A DNA stretch of 57,257 bases from an uncultured virus (IMG/VR IMGVR_UViG_3300034110_000988). Its lineage: Duplodnaviria > Heunggongvirae > Uroviricota > Caudoviricetes. The stretch is taken from the IMG/VR virus record IMGVR_UViG_3300034110_000988; one strand, 5' to 3'. Below the pieces are notes generated by a model. The model was given only the letters and a program-made list of their open reading frames with translations, made no database searches and was not told the DNA's origin. The position numbers and the translations under genes are program-made. This document shows, one piece after another, positions 47,451 to 56,732 of the stretch (position 1 is its first letter; each line of letters opens with the position of its first letter).

Positions 47451-48479
47451 TTAGTTTTTTGACTTTACATATATTTCTTTTAAGCTGCTCACATCAAAGT
47501 GTGGAGCGGTTGCATAAGAGAAGCTTGGGCAAATTCTATTTGAACCCGCAATTCCTGCACCACCACAAGGGCCACCATTACCCGCTACAGGCCATAATCC
47601 GAACGTATCTGTCATGTCTGTTGGTCTTTGTCCCGGCCATCCACCTGCTTCAGAGTAAAGCTTAGATGTTCCGTTAGGGGTGTTTACAGAGAACCCGCCT
47701 CCAATGTTTTGACCTTTTGCAAACGTACCGAATGTTTGCCATGCTCCAAACATACTTGTCCATGTTGGGTTAGCATTTTTAACCATCATTGCAGAACTTA
47801 AGTTTACAGAACCACTTGGTAAGACTGGGAATTTTGAGGTATCGTTTGAATAGCTGAGTATTTTTCCGCCTCTCATTGCAACATCTTGGAAGTTACGTTT
47901 TGTTGAACCAGCCGGAAGTTGTACCCAACGACCTACTAATATCCAATTACCACCTGCAGTTGCCATATCAACATAAGCTTTGGCTGTATTTCCCTGACCA
48001 TCAGAAATATCGTATATTCCACTTTGACCAGCGACTGGGTTAACAATCATTAAGTAGCTTGTTGATGTCCCAACGGCTTCTTGTGTATTGGTCAACCCTG
48101 TTGCAATTTTACTATCATTCTCATCGTTATACGCAGAACCTACAGTACGAATTTCACCCGTTGTTTGGTTTTTTTCCTGTTTTATATAACTTTGGTATTG
48201 AATACCTTTACAGTTTGTGGCTGTTTGTGTAAATGTGACATTAATCATTTCGTCTGCTGGCAATGGTGCCCAGTTTGTACAATCATAACGATATTGGGGA
48301 TTTGTCTTTGCTGCATCTGCCCAACCTAATGATTTTGGTTCAATTGACAACCATTCTACTTGTTTAAACTTAACTTCCACTGTTCCCATTATAACTTCAT
48401 ACTTTGCATATGATAGTCCACAAAAAAGAGCAAGAGATGCCATTGATATTAGTTTTATCTTTTTATTGTTCATAATCAT
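47451..48479 (-). CDS. secreted protein: Cys-pair module plus fibrinogen-related C-terminal domain
   Basis: Signal peptide ending SYA; DCTNWAP...FTQTATNCK; SGIYDI...AYVDMATAGGNWILVGR. Confidence 0.8.
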   Translation of the reverse strand: MIMNNKKIKLISMASLALFCGLSYAKYEVIMGTVEVKFKQVEWLSIEPKSLGWADAAKTNPQYRYDCTNWAPLPADEMINVTFTQTATNCKGIQYQSYIKQEKNQTTGEIRTVGSAYNDENDSKIATGLTNTQEAVGTSTSYLMIVNPVAGQSGIYDISDGQGNTAKAYVDMATAGGNWILVGRWVQLPAGSTKRNFQDVAMRGGKILSYSNDTSKFPVLPSGSVNLSSAMMVKNANPTWTSMFGAWQTFGTFAKGQNIGGGFSVNTPNGTSKLYSEAGGWPGQRPTDMTDTFGLWPVAGNGGPCGGAGIAGSNRICPSFSYATAPHFDVSSLKEIYVKSKN

Positions 48480-48659
48480 GATAGTGTTTTTTTGTTATTC
48501 TTTATATCTATCTTAATATTTTAAAGTTGTTATTTCAAGCATTATAGTATATTTATTTATTTTTTCTTTAATTTAGAGGATTATTCGTGTTATTTTTCTT
48601 TACTTAAAATCTATTTTTTGCTATCATGGCCTAACTTAAAAAGCACAGGATACAAGAAA

Positions 48660-48926
48660 ATGACCCGAACATCAGAAGATGCTGCACAGAATTCACAACA
48701 GTACACCATTACAGACCATTCAGGCTTCATTGAAGCTTCTGGTTCTTTCATTTACCGTGGATACTTGATTTCTTTTTCTACAATGGGGTATAATCGTATG
48801 ATTACACGAACCCCCGTGTTGGTGATCAGTAATAATGGTAATGGTGGCATTGAAAAAGATTTTGATACCATTGAATCCGCCATCGTCAACATCAATAGCT
48901 GGTTGGATAACAATCAACTTAACTAA
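48660..48926 (+). CDS. hypothetical protein
   Basis: AGGA SD. Confidence 0.75.
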   Translation: MTRTSEDAAQNSQQYTITDHSGFIEASGSFIYRGYLISFSTMGYNRMITRTPVLVISNNGNGGIEKDFDTIESAIVNINSWLDNNQLN

Positions 48927-48946
48927 TCAATTTCAGGAGATTGACT

Positions 48947-49705
48947 ATGCTTCGTAACGTGACTATTCAAGGTCGATACATTGAAGGCACTTGGCTCTTG
49001 CTGGAAAACTTCAATGAGTTGACCGAGTATATGGAATTCACATCTGGTCGTGTGATGGCACAAATTACTCGACTTCTGAAAAGTAAAGTTGGCCCTGAGC
49101 GGTGGGATCATATGATTACTCGCACCCCAGAAGGTGGCATTCTGGCAGCAGCTATCATGTATTGCCAAACTCACGGTAAAAGCCCGTTGCTTGAAATGGA
49201 TGGCATTATCCAGAAAAAATATTTGAACATGGTCGATAAAATTGCCAAAGGTCAAAAGCTTCTGGTAAATCCTTTGGGTGGTTATTGCACGATGGGTGAC
49301 GATGTTGTTATTCTGTCTGAAACAACCTTTGAAACGGCTTTCCAGTTAACCTATACCATTAACAAGAATACCAAATACATTAACTTGGAAAATGATCCAG
49401 AACTGGAAGAACGCACACGTCAGTATTTGGGAGAACGAGATCCGAATTACTCGCATATCCTGAACCTTCATAAATTCAGTAAAGATGACTTGATTAAAGT
49501 GTTTACTGAATTCAAAGAAAATGGTGGTTCCATTGTTCATGTCTACACCACTGGCACCAACGTGCCACAGATGTATGAATACTTTGAAGCGGCTAAAGAG
49601 GCTGGTTTGAATGACTTCGTGTTTGAATTCAATGCAGGTACAGGTAACGGCATTGAAAAATTCATCAAAGACATTGAAAATCAGTGTAATTTAGAACTCA
49701 TTTGA
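48947..49705 (+). CDS. hypothetical protein
   Basis: AGGAG SD. Confidence 0.85.
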   Translation: MLRNVTIQGRYIEGTWLLLENFNELTEYMEFTSGRVMAQITRLLKSKVGPERWDHMITRTPEGGILAAAIMYCQTHGKSPLLEMDGIIQKKYLNMVDKIAKGQKLLVNPLGGYCTMGDDVVILSETTFETAFQLTYTINKNTKYINLENDPELEERTRQYLGERDPNYSHILNLHKFSKDDLIKVFTEFKENGGSIVHVYTTGTNVPQMYEYFEAAKEAGLNDFVFEFNAGTGNGIEKFIKDIENQCNLELI

Positions 49706-49786
49706 TTTTTTTATTGCATAAATTGTAAAAAAAGGCTAAAATACAGAACTAACCTACCTAATGTTTTTTTGACAGGAGTTTCATTT

Positions 49787-50320
49787 ATGACTACAATTTC
49801 AGCGATTAAAGATGACATCGTAATCAAAAACCTATTTTTGAATTCGAACAACATGGCTATTTGGTCAAAAAATCCGTCGCTCCTTATTTCTCCTTTGGTT
49901 GAAAGTGCAGAAGATGCAGGTTTTTGTGTTATTACTGTGAATGATATGGCTGATATTGAAGTCAAAACTGTGGCTGAAGATCTTATCAATGATTCATTTG
50001 ATTCAATTCCAGCAATCAGTCTTAATAAGGTAAAATCTGAATCTGAACAACTTGCAGGCACCACATGTAAGTCTCTTGTTGAGGCTGCTATTGCAAAAGA
50101 AAATGGTCAAAAAGTAGCTTATTTGTTTCCTAACAGTCAATCTCTCAATCCAGTGGCTTTAAAGGGTTTTTATAAGCTCGTTACTGAAAAGCGATTTGGC
50201 TCAATTTCGATTGATGAGGATGATATTATTTTGATTAATGGTGATTTGACTGCCGTAGAAAATAATAAAAGCACAATCCCTCCATTTTTGCTAAATAGTT
50301 TTGTAAATATTCAAAAATAA
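49787..50320 (+). CDS. hypothetical protein, possibly degenerate AAA+ fold without Walker A
   Basis: AGGAG SD; IPPFLLNSFVNI resembles AAA+ arginine-finger region but lacks the Arg. Confidence 0.65.
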   Translation: MTTISAIKDDIVIKNLFLNSNNMAIWSKNPSLLISPLVESAEDAGFCVITVNDMADIEVKTVAEDLINDSFDSIPAISLNKVKSESEQLAGTTCKSLVEAAIAKENGQKVAYLFPNSQSLNPVALKGFYKLVTEKRFGSISIDEDDIILINGDLTAVENNKSTIPPFLLNSFVNIQK

Positions 50321-50409
50321 GATGAAGTAAATAGAAGTAAAAAACCAGCTACTTGGGTTTTTATTGTTAAAAAATGATGACTCTATTTTTATTATTTGGA
50401 GATTTTACA

Positions 50410-50994
50410 ATGACCATGCACGCTATCGAACTTCGTAAAGACCTACTGATTTGGGTGGACTTGGAAACGACTGGCTTGGATATCGCTGACAAACTGTCCG
50501 GTGCTCAATACCACAAAATTCTGGAAGTGGGGATTCACATTACCGATTCTAAATTCAACATCATTGATGAGGGCTTTGAAGTCGTTATTCACCATGACGT
50601 TGAAGAAGCCAAAGCCCTGACCAACGATTATGTCCGAGACATGCACATTACCAGTGGCTTGTGGGATCGTGTTGACCAATCGACTGTTTCACTGGAGCAA
50701 GCAGAAGAAATGATGTTGGCCTACATTGCCAAGTTCAACATTTCTCCAAAGTCCAGCCCAATTTGTGGTAATAGCGTCTCGCTGGATCGTAACTTCATCA
50801 TGGCTCAAATGCCAAAGTTTGCTGACGTGCTGCATTACCGTATCATTGATGTCAGCACAATCAAAGAAATCGTGTGGCGGGTTAAACCAGAAGTCGGAGC
50901 GATGGTGAAGAAGCAAGAAAAACATCGTGGCCTTGAAGACATTAAAGAGTCGATTGCCGAATACAAGATTTACGAAGAGTTCTTTTTTCGTTAA
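50410..50994 (+). CDS. orn: oligoribonuclease (DEDDh exonuclease)
   Basis: LIWVDLETTGL, MHITSGL, ICGNSVSLDRNF, LHYRIIDVSTIKE, HRGLEDIKESI. Confidence 0.95.
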   Translation: MTMHAIELRKDLLIWVDLETTGLDIADKLSGAQYHKILEVGIHITDSKFNIIDEGFEVVIHHDVEEAKALTNDYVRDMHITSGLWDRVDQSTVSLEQAEEMMLAYIAKFNISPKSSPICGNSVSLDRNFIMAQMPKFADVLHYRIIDVSTIKEIVWRVKPEVGAMVKKQEKHRGLEDIKESIAEYKIYEEFFFR

Positions 50995-51125
50995 GTCTTT
51001 CAAAGTTTAACTAAGAGCCTCTTCGGAGGCTTTTTTGTTATTTATCTTAGTGTGTTTTTCATTAAAGCTTTGTTTTTAAATGCTTTTATGCTATAATGGC
51101 TTCATTATTTAAAGAGGCTTTACTC

Positions 51126-51578
51126 ATGAAAGAACATCAAAACCTGACCACTGCTACCAACATCTATGCTTGCATGGTCAACATCAACAAACTGAAACGT
51201 TCACTGGAAACAAGTCCAGAAGGGTTTATTGAACGCCTGACTTCATTGCTGCCAGACAGTGCGGAAGATCTTGTAAAAGCGGATCTGGAAGAAGTCGCAG
51301 AAGCTTACATTTCTGATCCTTGCAACGAACACCTGCAGAACTTGATTGAATTCATCATGGAATTGGATCATGTCATTGTTTTTGATAAAGTAGCTCTTGA
51401 AACTAGCGAAATTGAAAAGCTGGCTGACCATGCTGTTAGCACCTTTTTAGACGATGAATGCCCGCGTGATGTAGCGTTGAGCGTATCTCGGGTAGAACAT
51501 CAATTTAAAGGTAATGAAGCTGCCATTAAAGCCGCCACTGCTGCTTTTGAAGCTTCACTCCGTCAAAAGTTTATGTAA
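51126..51578 (+). CDS. acidic hypothetical protein
   Basis: GAGG SD, TGCTATAAT. Confidence 0.8.
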   Translation: MKEHQNLTTATNIYACMVNINKLKRSLETSPEGFIERLTSLLPDSAEDLVKADLEEVAEAYISDPCNEHLQNLIEFIMELDHVIVFDKVALETSEIEKLADHAVSTFLDDECPRDVALSVSRVEHQFKGNEAAIKAATAAFEASLRQKFM

Positions 51579-51694
51579 TAAAGTAACAAAAGACTTTTTA
51601 CTAACGCCACTTCGATGGCTTTTTTATTTATAGTAAATGTTGTTTTTAAGAGTATTTTTTGGTATAATGTGTCATCAAAACACATAGGTGACTT

Positions 51695-51985
51695 ATGAGC
51701 GAATCTTTCGAATTTCCAATGTTGACAGAAGCTGAATACGAAGGCATGAGCTTGTTGCGTACTCAATTGTCGATTTCGATTGATCGAATCGAGGCTAAAA
51801 CTTATGTAGACTTCATGCGAAATGTTATTCCCGGTCGTGCGATTTTCAATAAGCTGATCAAAAAAGATTTGTGCTATGAAACCATTGAAGATCCAATGGA
51901 AGATGGCACCGAATTTACACCCACCATTGACTTGACTGATAAAGGTGTGGCGATGTGCCATGTGCTTGAAAAATATGTAAAATAA
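51695..51985 (+). CDS. small protein, winged-helix-like C-terminus
   Basis: FNKLIKKDLC...IDLTDKG. Confidence 0.7.
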   Translation: MSESFEFPMLTEAEYEGMSLLRTQLSISIDRIEAKTYVDFMRNVIPGRAIFNKLIKKDLCYETIEDPMEDGTEFTPTIDLTDKGVAMCHVLEKYVK

Positions 51986-52097
51986 TGGAAAAATAATTCC
52001 ATTTAAAAAAAATGTTGAAAAATATCATTTTTGCTATTTACTTAATGTGTTTTTTATTGTATAATAAAAGCTAATTAAACAAAGGTGCAATATAATT

Positions 52098-52229
52098 ATG
52101 CAAGGTTCATTTGGTGATGCGGTAGAACGTTTCCGTGGTGGAAAGAAAAAAGACAACGAGCAAGCGAAGTATCATAAAAAAGATCAAGATTTCCGCAAGA
52201 AACGCCGCAATCGACATGAAAAAGAATAA
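52098..52229 (+). CDS. very basic micro-protein, 43 aa (not in ORF track)
   Basis: AAGGTG SD; MQGSFGDAVERFRGGKKKD...FRKKRRNRHEKE. Confidence 0.7.
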   Translation: MQGSFGDAVERFRGGKKKDNEQAKYHKKDQDFRKKRRNRHEKE

Positions 52230-52245
52230 TTAAATGTTTTTATGA

Positions 52246-52315
52246 CTGTTTGTAGTTCAGTTGGTAGAATCCCGTCTAAAAACGGTGGTCGTGGGTTCAA
52301 GTCCCATCATACAGT
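52246..52315 (+). tRNA. aberrant tRNA-like gene, shortened anticodon arm (AAA after CT), no CCA
   Basis: CTGTTTG/CATACAG acceptor, GTTC-AGTTGGTA-GAAT D arm, CCGT-CTAAAA-ACGG, GTGGG-TTCAAGT-CCCAT. Confidence 0.7.
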
Positions 52316-52506
52316 CGCTTACATATAAAAACCACTTTCTAGTGGTTTTTTTATTCTCTTTTTTTATTATTTAATGATAATTATTCTCATATTTTTTGAC
52401 ATCTTGTGTCAATGTGATAATCTATTCATACTTTAACTCATTAAATGAAACAACTAAGACAATCTAGATTGTGTTATAAACAACTAAACATTAGGAGAAT
52501 TAAATA

Positions 52507-52818
52507 ATGAAAAAGCTTATGTTTGCAAGTCTACTTGCTATCCCATTGACGGCTGCTGTTGTACTGGCTAATACAACAAATGTTATCCAAACGCGAAATG
52601 AACAATTAGCGGAAATTGTCAAAGAATCCTTTTATGCTGACGTACATCGCTTAAACTTGACGCCTGAGCAATATGCTATCATCGTTAAGAAAATCAGAAC
52701 CAACCATGACAGTTTGACAACTGAAATCAAAGAAGTCCTCAATGATGACCAAAAAGATACGTTCTCTACCATTATGGAAGAAAAGAAATCAGCTATGGGC
52801 GATCAAGTGAGTTTTTGA
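52507..52818 (+). CDS. secreted LTxxQ-motif (Spy/CpxP-like) protein
   Basis: Signal peptide; LTPEQ and LNDDQK. Confidence 0.7.
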   Translation: MKKLMFASLLAIPLTAAVVLANTTNVIQTRNEQLAEIVKESFYADVHRLNLTPEQYAIIVKKIRTNHDSLTTEIKEVLNDDQKDTFSTIMEEKKSAMGDQVSF

Positions 52819-52982
52819 ACGTCAATAAATTGTCATTATATTTTTTTTGATTTTTTTTTAAATAACAAACATTTATAACAATATCTTTTTTTAGATTATT
52901 TTTATATTTTTAAGCCACTCTTGCCTTTTGTCTTTTATACGATTTAATTAAAAATAAACAGTTCATTATTTTTGAGGTAAAA

Positions 52983-53726
52983 ATGACAAAAAAATGTATT
53001 TTAGCGTTAGTTGCTTTGTCCACTTTAAGCAATCTAACATATGCCGATTATCAAATTAGAATTCCTATTCAACATGCTATAAATTTCAATTCTGCCACTT
53101 CAGGTGGTGGGACAGGTGGTGGCAATAACAGTGGAACACCTTCTGCCCCGCCATTTTCATTTACCGATCCCACCGTAGCTGCAGATTATGAAGCCGCTTG
53201 CTCAGGTTTTGCTGGTTACACTAACCCTATTACGAATCCATACAGAAATGAAAACCTAAATTGTGGTAATTATGCTGGCATGGATCTTTCCGGGATCGAG
53301 TTAGATCTTACTGGCTTACGCTTTTCAAATCTCGACGGTGCAAAATTAGATGGCACTAACTTAGGACAAGTCGATCTTCGAAACAGCACGTTAAAAGGGG
53401 CTTCTCTTATTGGTGCCAATCTTAACCCATCATCGTTGGCAGGTTCTGATTTAACAGGGGCTAAATTAAATAATGCTGTCATGACCACGACTGACTTAAA
53501 TGGTACCAATCTCACTAACGCCAACCTTTCTGGTGCTATTTTAACAAATGCTGGTTTTGTTAACACTAATTTAACTAATGCTAATCTTATTGGTGCTGAT
53601 TTGAGCAATACAAGTTTTACCAATGTAGATTTCACTAATATCTTATATGATGCCACCACAAAATGGCCTTCATGGTACACACCACCGCAATCAAGTAACG
53701 GGTATCAGTTCACACCACAGTGGTAA
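52983..53726 (+). CDS. secreted pentapeptide-repeat protein
   Basis: Signal peptide ending TYA, Gly/Ser linker, A(D/N)LXX repeats. Confidence 0.9.
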   Translation: MTKKCILALVALSTLSNLTYADYQIRIPIQHAINFNSATSGGGTGGGNNSGTPSAPPFSFTDPTVAADYEAACSGFAGYTNPITNPYRNENLNCGNYAGMDLSGIELDLTGLRFSNLDGAKLDGTNLGQVDLRNSTLKGASLIGANLNPSSLAGSDLTGAKLNNAVMTTTDLNGTNLTNANLSGAILTNAGFVNTNLTNANLIGADLSNTSFTNVDFTNILYDATTKWPSWYTPPQSSNGYQFTPQW

Positions 53727-53904
53727 CAAAAAATCTTGACAAAACCGAAAAAAGATGATCGAAAACAACAATCAAAATGGTTTAATTTCTGATTTTCAAC
53801 CATATTAGATAAGGCATTTTAACCAAATGTCTTATTTTTTGTCTGGATTTGCTTTGATTCTATTTTTCGGCTAAAATATTTTTAAATTAACTTGAGGATT
53901 CCTA

Positions 53905-54360
53905 ATGATTTTAACTATCGAACTTGTACCTAAAACTTGTTGGTTTTCAAATTTAAGGGATCACCTCACAGAAGCACAATGGAAAGAAGTGAAGCAGTCA
54001 ACATTCAAAGCGGCTGACAATCGTTGTGAAATTTGTAATGGGGTTGGCGATAAATGGCCGGTAGAATGTCATGAAGTGTGGGAGTATGATGATACCAAGA
54101 AGATCCAAAGGCTAGCTAGAACGGTGGCTCTTTGTCCGTCTTGTCACCAAGTCAAGCATATTGGCATGGCAATGGTCACTGGTCGCTATGATCATGCTAA
54201 ATCCCACTTCTCAGCCATCAATAAAATTCCTATGAAGCAAACTGAACGTTATATTGAGAAAGCTTTCAACTTGTTTAATGACCGCTCAAAACATCAATGG
54301 ACATTAGATATAACTTGGATTAATGACCGCTATGGTTTTAAAATAAAAGAAAAACGATGA
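53905..54360 (+). CDS. HNH endonuclease-family protein
   Basis: CEIC...ECHEVWEY...LCPSCHQVKH. Confidence 0.85.
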   Translation: MILTIELVPKTCWFSNLRDHLTEAQWKEVKQSTFKAADNRCEICNGVGDKWPVECHEVWEYDDTKKIQRLARTVALCPSCHQVKHIGMAMVTGRYDHAKSHFSAINKIPMKQTERYIEKAFNLFNDRSKHQWTLDITWINDRYGFKIKEKR

Positions 54361-54424
54361 ATAAAACACTTGTCAGAAATCTTCTTTTTTGATAAACTAC
54401 ATTCATCAATCAATAGGTGATTTT

Positions 54425-54658
54425 ATGACTATACGCTCTCGTTCCGAAATGGCTCGAAAAATTCAAATCGATCTTAAAGGCCCAGAAGGAAATGCCTTTG
54501 ATCTGATTGCGACGGCTGAAAGTATTGGTAAACAGTTAAAAGTCCCGAAAGAAGAACGTGAAGCCATTCGAAAAGACATGATGTCGAGCGATTATGACCA
54601 TCTGGTGGCTACATTGGAAAAGCATTATGGTGATTTCATTGACATTTACGAAGCCTAA
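54425..54658 (+). CDS. conserved small phage protein
   Basis: IDLKGPEGNAFDLI...MSSDYDHLV. Confidence 0.8.
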   Translation: MTIRSRSEMARKIQIDLKGPEGNAFDLIATAESIGKQLKVPKEEREAIRKDMMSSDYDHLVATLEKHYGDFIDIYEA

Positions 54659-54756
54659 TCAAGTTTTGTGGTTGGTTTTCATGATAAATTGATAGCCACC
54701 TCCATAAAACTCTGTTATAATACGTCTACACAAACAGAACCAGCAAGGGTTTAATC

Positions 54757-55080
54757 ATGTTTCCTACCACAATCATTACTGCCGATGTCATTAACGTTGA
54801 TTACGACTCAGCTAAGTTCGTGGTTGATGGTAAAAATGGTCAAGAAGAAGTGGCTACTCGCTTTTTCTGCACTATCCTTGTCCGTGGTGGTTTCATCTTC
54901 CGTCATACCAGTCAACTGCTGGATGAAGCTACGGCGTCTAACGTCACAGAAAAAATTTACAACCATATCTTCAAAGACAAAGCTGATGTCAACATGAAAT
55001 TTTGGCAAGAATACCAATCAACACCCAGCACACCACTTCTTGAAAAAATGCAGCTTGAAGCTCACCTCGAAACTGTGTAA
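54757..55080 (+). CDS. hypothetical protein
   Basis: TATAAT promoter with ACACAAAC leader, AAGGG SD. Confidence 0.8.
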   Translation: MFPTTIITADVINVDYDSAKFVVDGKNGQEEVATRFFCTILVRGGFIFRHTSQLLDEATASNVTEKIYNHIFKDKADVNMKFWQEYQSTPSTPLLEKMQLEAHLETV

Positions 55081-55132
55081 ACTACCATTTCTTTGGGAGT
55101 ATCCCACTTCCTACTCTTTTTTAAGGATTTAA

Positions 55133-55531
55133 ATGACACAAATTACTCAACTTGAACGCGAAGTTATTTCCAGCATTGCTAAACTGGGATATCGTTCGGT
55201 TAAGGCTTCCGAAATCCATACCATTTCGGATATTATCAAAAAAGCACAAGTCAATGCTGTCCTTTTGAATCTGAAACGAAAAGGCATGGTTACAGTGCTG
55301 GCTGATGGCGTCACTTCGTTGACTGTTCATGGTATGAATTCGTTCAACACTCAGCATGGTGATGTGGTTTATTCGTCTGTTCAAAAAGAACACAATGCTA
55401 AAATGCTCTTTGGACGACCGATGAGCAGTTCTGAACTTACATTTGTGAACAATTGCATTGAATTGCGTAACCAATCAGTTAATACTGGCCGCACTATCGT
55501 AAAAATTAAGAATTGGCTGAAATGCCGTTGA
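55133..55531 (+). CDS. winged-helix-like protein
   Basis: VNAVLLNLKRKGMV...SLTVHG; AAGGA SD. Confidence 0.7.
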   Translation: MTQITQLEREVISSIAKLGYRSVKASEIHTISDIIKKAQVNAVLLNLKRKGMVTVLADGVTSLTVHGMNSFNTQHGDVVYSSVQKEHNAKMLFGRPMSSSELTFVNNCIELRNQSVNTGRTIVKIKNWLKCR

Positions 55532-55660
55532 TTTAATAAATATGTATAAAAAATAGAAGCTTCGGCTTCTTTTTTTTTATCTTTTTAAAAGTGTTTTTTA
55601 ATTGACAGTATATAAAATTACTTGTATTATAATATTAAAAACAATAATAATAAATTAATC

Positions 55661-56605
55661 ATGAACGTCAAAAAAATAATCTTGCTTCCTATTCTTTCAT
55701 TGGTAGGTGTTTGCTCTTTCGCAGAATACCAAATTCAGTATCCCAATGTGCCTGTTGTATTTAAAGATTTAGGTAAGTGGGTTTCAACTGATCCCGTTGT
55801 TACAAACTGGGTGAATGTGGGGAATCCAAATGATTGTACCAGTGCTAGCCCACTCGAAAATACACAACAACTTGGTGTTACTTATGTAAAGACGTTCTCA
55901 GGTTGTAAGCAATCACAAGAAAGAACTGTTACCACCTCTCAGAAACATACCGTTTCAGGAGCTGTTCGTAATGTCGTCAACACGAAAGAAACTCAGATCT
56001 TGTCAAATGCTTCGTATACTGTTAATGCTGTAGGCACCACTGATTTTGGTCAGTGGATTCAAACTGCACCTGTTTACAGTGGTTGGAGAAACTTAGAAGC
56101 ACCACATGATTGCACCAGTGCTGCACCTTTGGAAAACACACAAACGGCTGGCAGTTCATATCAAAAAGTCTTTGCGGGATGTAAGCAAAATCAAGAACGT
56201 GATGTGACGACATCTGAGAAAAACTCTATTACTGGCGTTGTTCGTAACACTCAAACCACGAAAGAAACTCAGACACTAACCGATGTTACTTATACTGTTA
56301 CTGCCATAGGTACAAAAGTTGTGAAAGAGTGTGGTTATTCTGCCGCCAGTGGAGCTTTCGCTAGATGGTATGATATTGCTACATATGATGGTTATACCAA
56401 TACTTATGGTATGGGATTACAATGGGCTGGTGCTACGCTTGTTAACACTGCAAACAGTAGTAAAACTTATCCAAAAGCAGCAAACGTTGTTAATGGTGGG
56501 TATATTTATACACGCGGTGCCTTTAAAGAAAAAGGAACTCATAATGATAATATCCGCACCTATTACTACTATTATGAAGTATGTAGAGAACCAGTAACAC
56601 CATAA
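55661..56605 (+). CDS. secreted protein with two tandem ~92-aa Cys-pair modules
   Basis: Signal peptide ending SFA; DCTSASPLENTQ...GCKQSQER and DCTSAAPLENTQ...GCKQNQER. Confidence 0.88.
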   Translation: MNVKKIILLPILSLVGVCSFAEYQIQYPNVPVVFKDLGKWVSTDPVVTNWVNVGNPNDCTSASPLENTQQLGVTYVKTFSGCKQSQERTVTTSQKHTVSGAVRNVVNTKETQILSNASYTVNAVGTTDFGQWIQTAPVYSGWRNLEAPHDCTSAAPLENTQTAGSSYQKVFAGCKQNQERDVTTSEKNSITGVVRNTQTTKETQTLTDVTYTVTAIGTKVVKECGYSAASGAFARWYDIATYDGYTNTYGMGLQWAGATLVNTANSSKTYPKAANVVNGGYIYTRGAFKEKGTHNDNIRTYYYYYEVCREPVTP

Positions 56606-56732
56606 TCAAAAAACAAAAAGAGGCTTAGGCTTCTTTTTTGTTGCCTAAAATATGGTTTTTGTGTATAATATCTTAACGAAAACGATTATAGACACTTCCT
56701 AAAAAGCACACTTTTAAAACGGGATATTGACC

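Noticed and set aside
52271..52285. Amber suppressor (CTA) reading of the tRNA-like loops here and at 18.6-18.8 kb, implying TAG recoding
   Set aside because: The best stem register puts AAA/AAC/AAT at 34-36, and TAG appears to be used as a normal stop (e.g. 9139, 12416, 41162).
52983..53726. Qnr quinolone-resistance gene
   Set aside because: The pentapeptide repeats follow a signal peptide and linker, so this is not a cytoplasmic gyrase-protecting Qnr.
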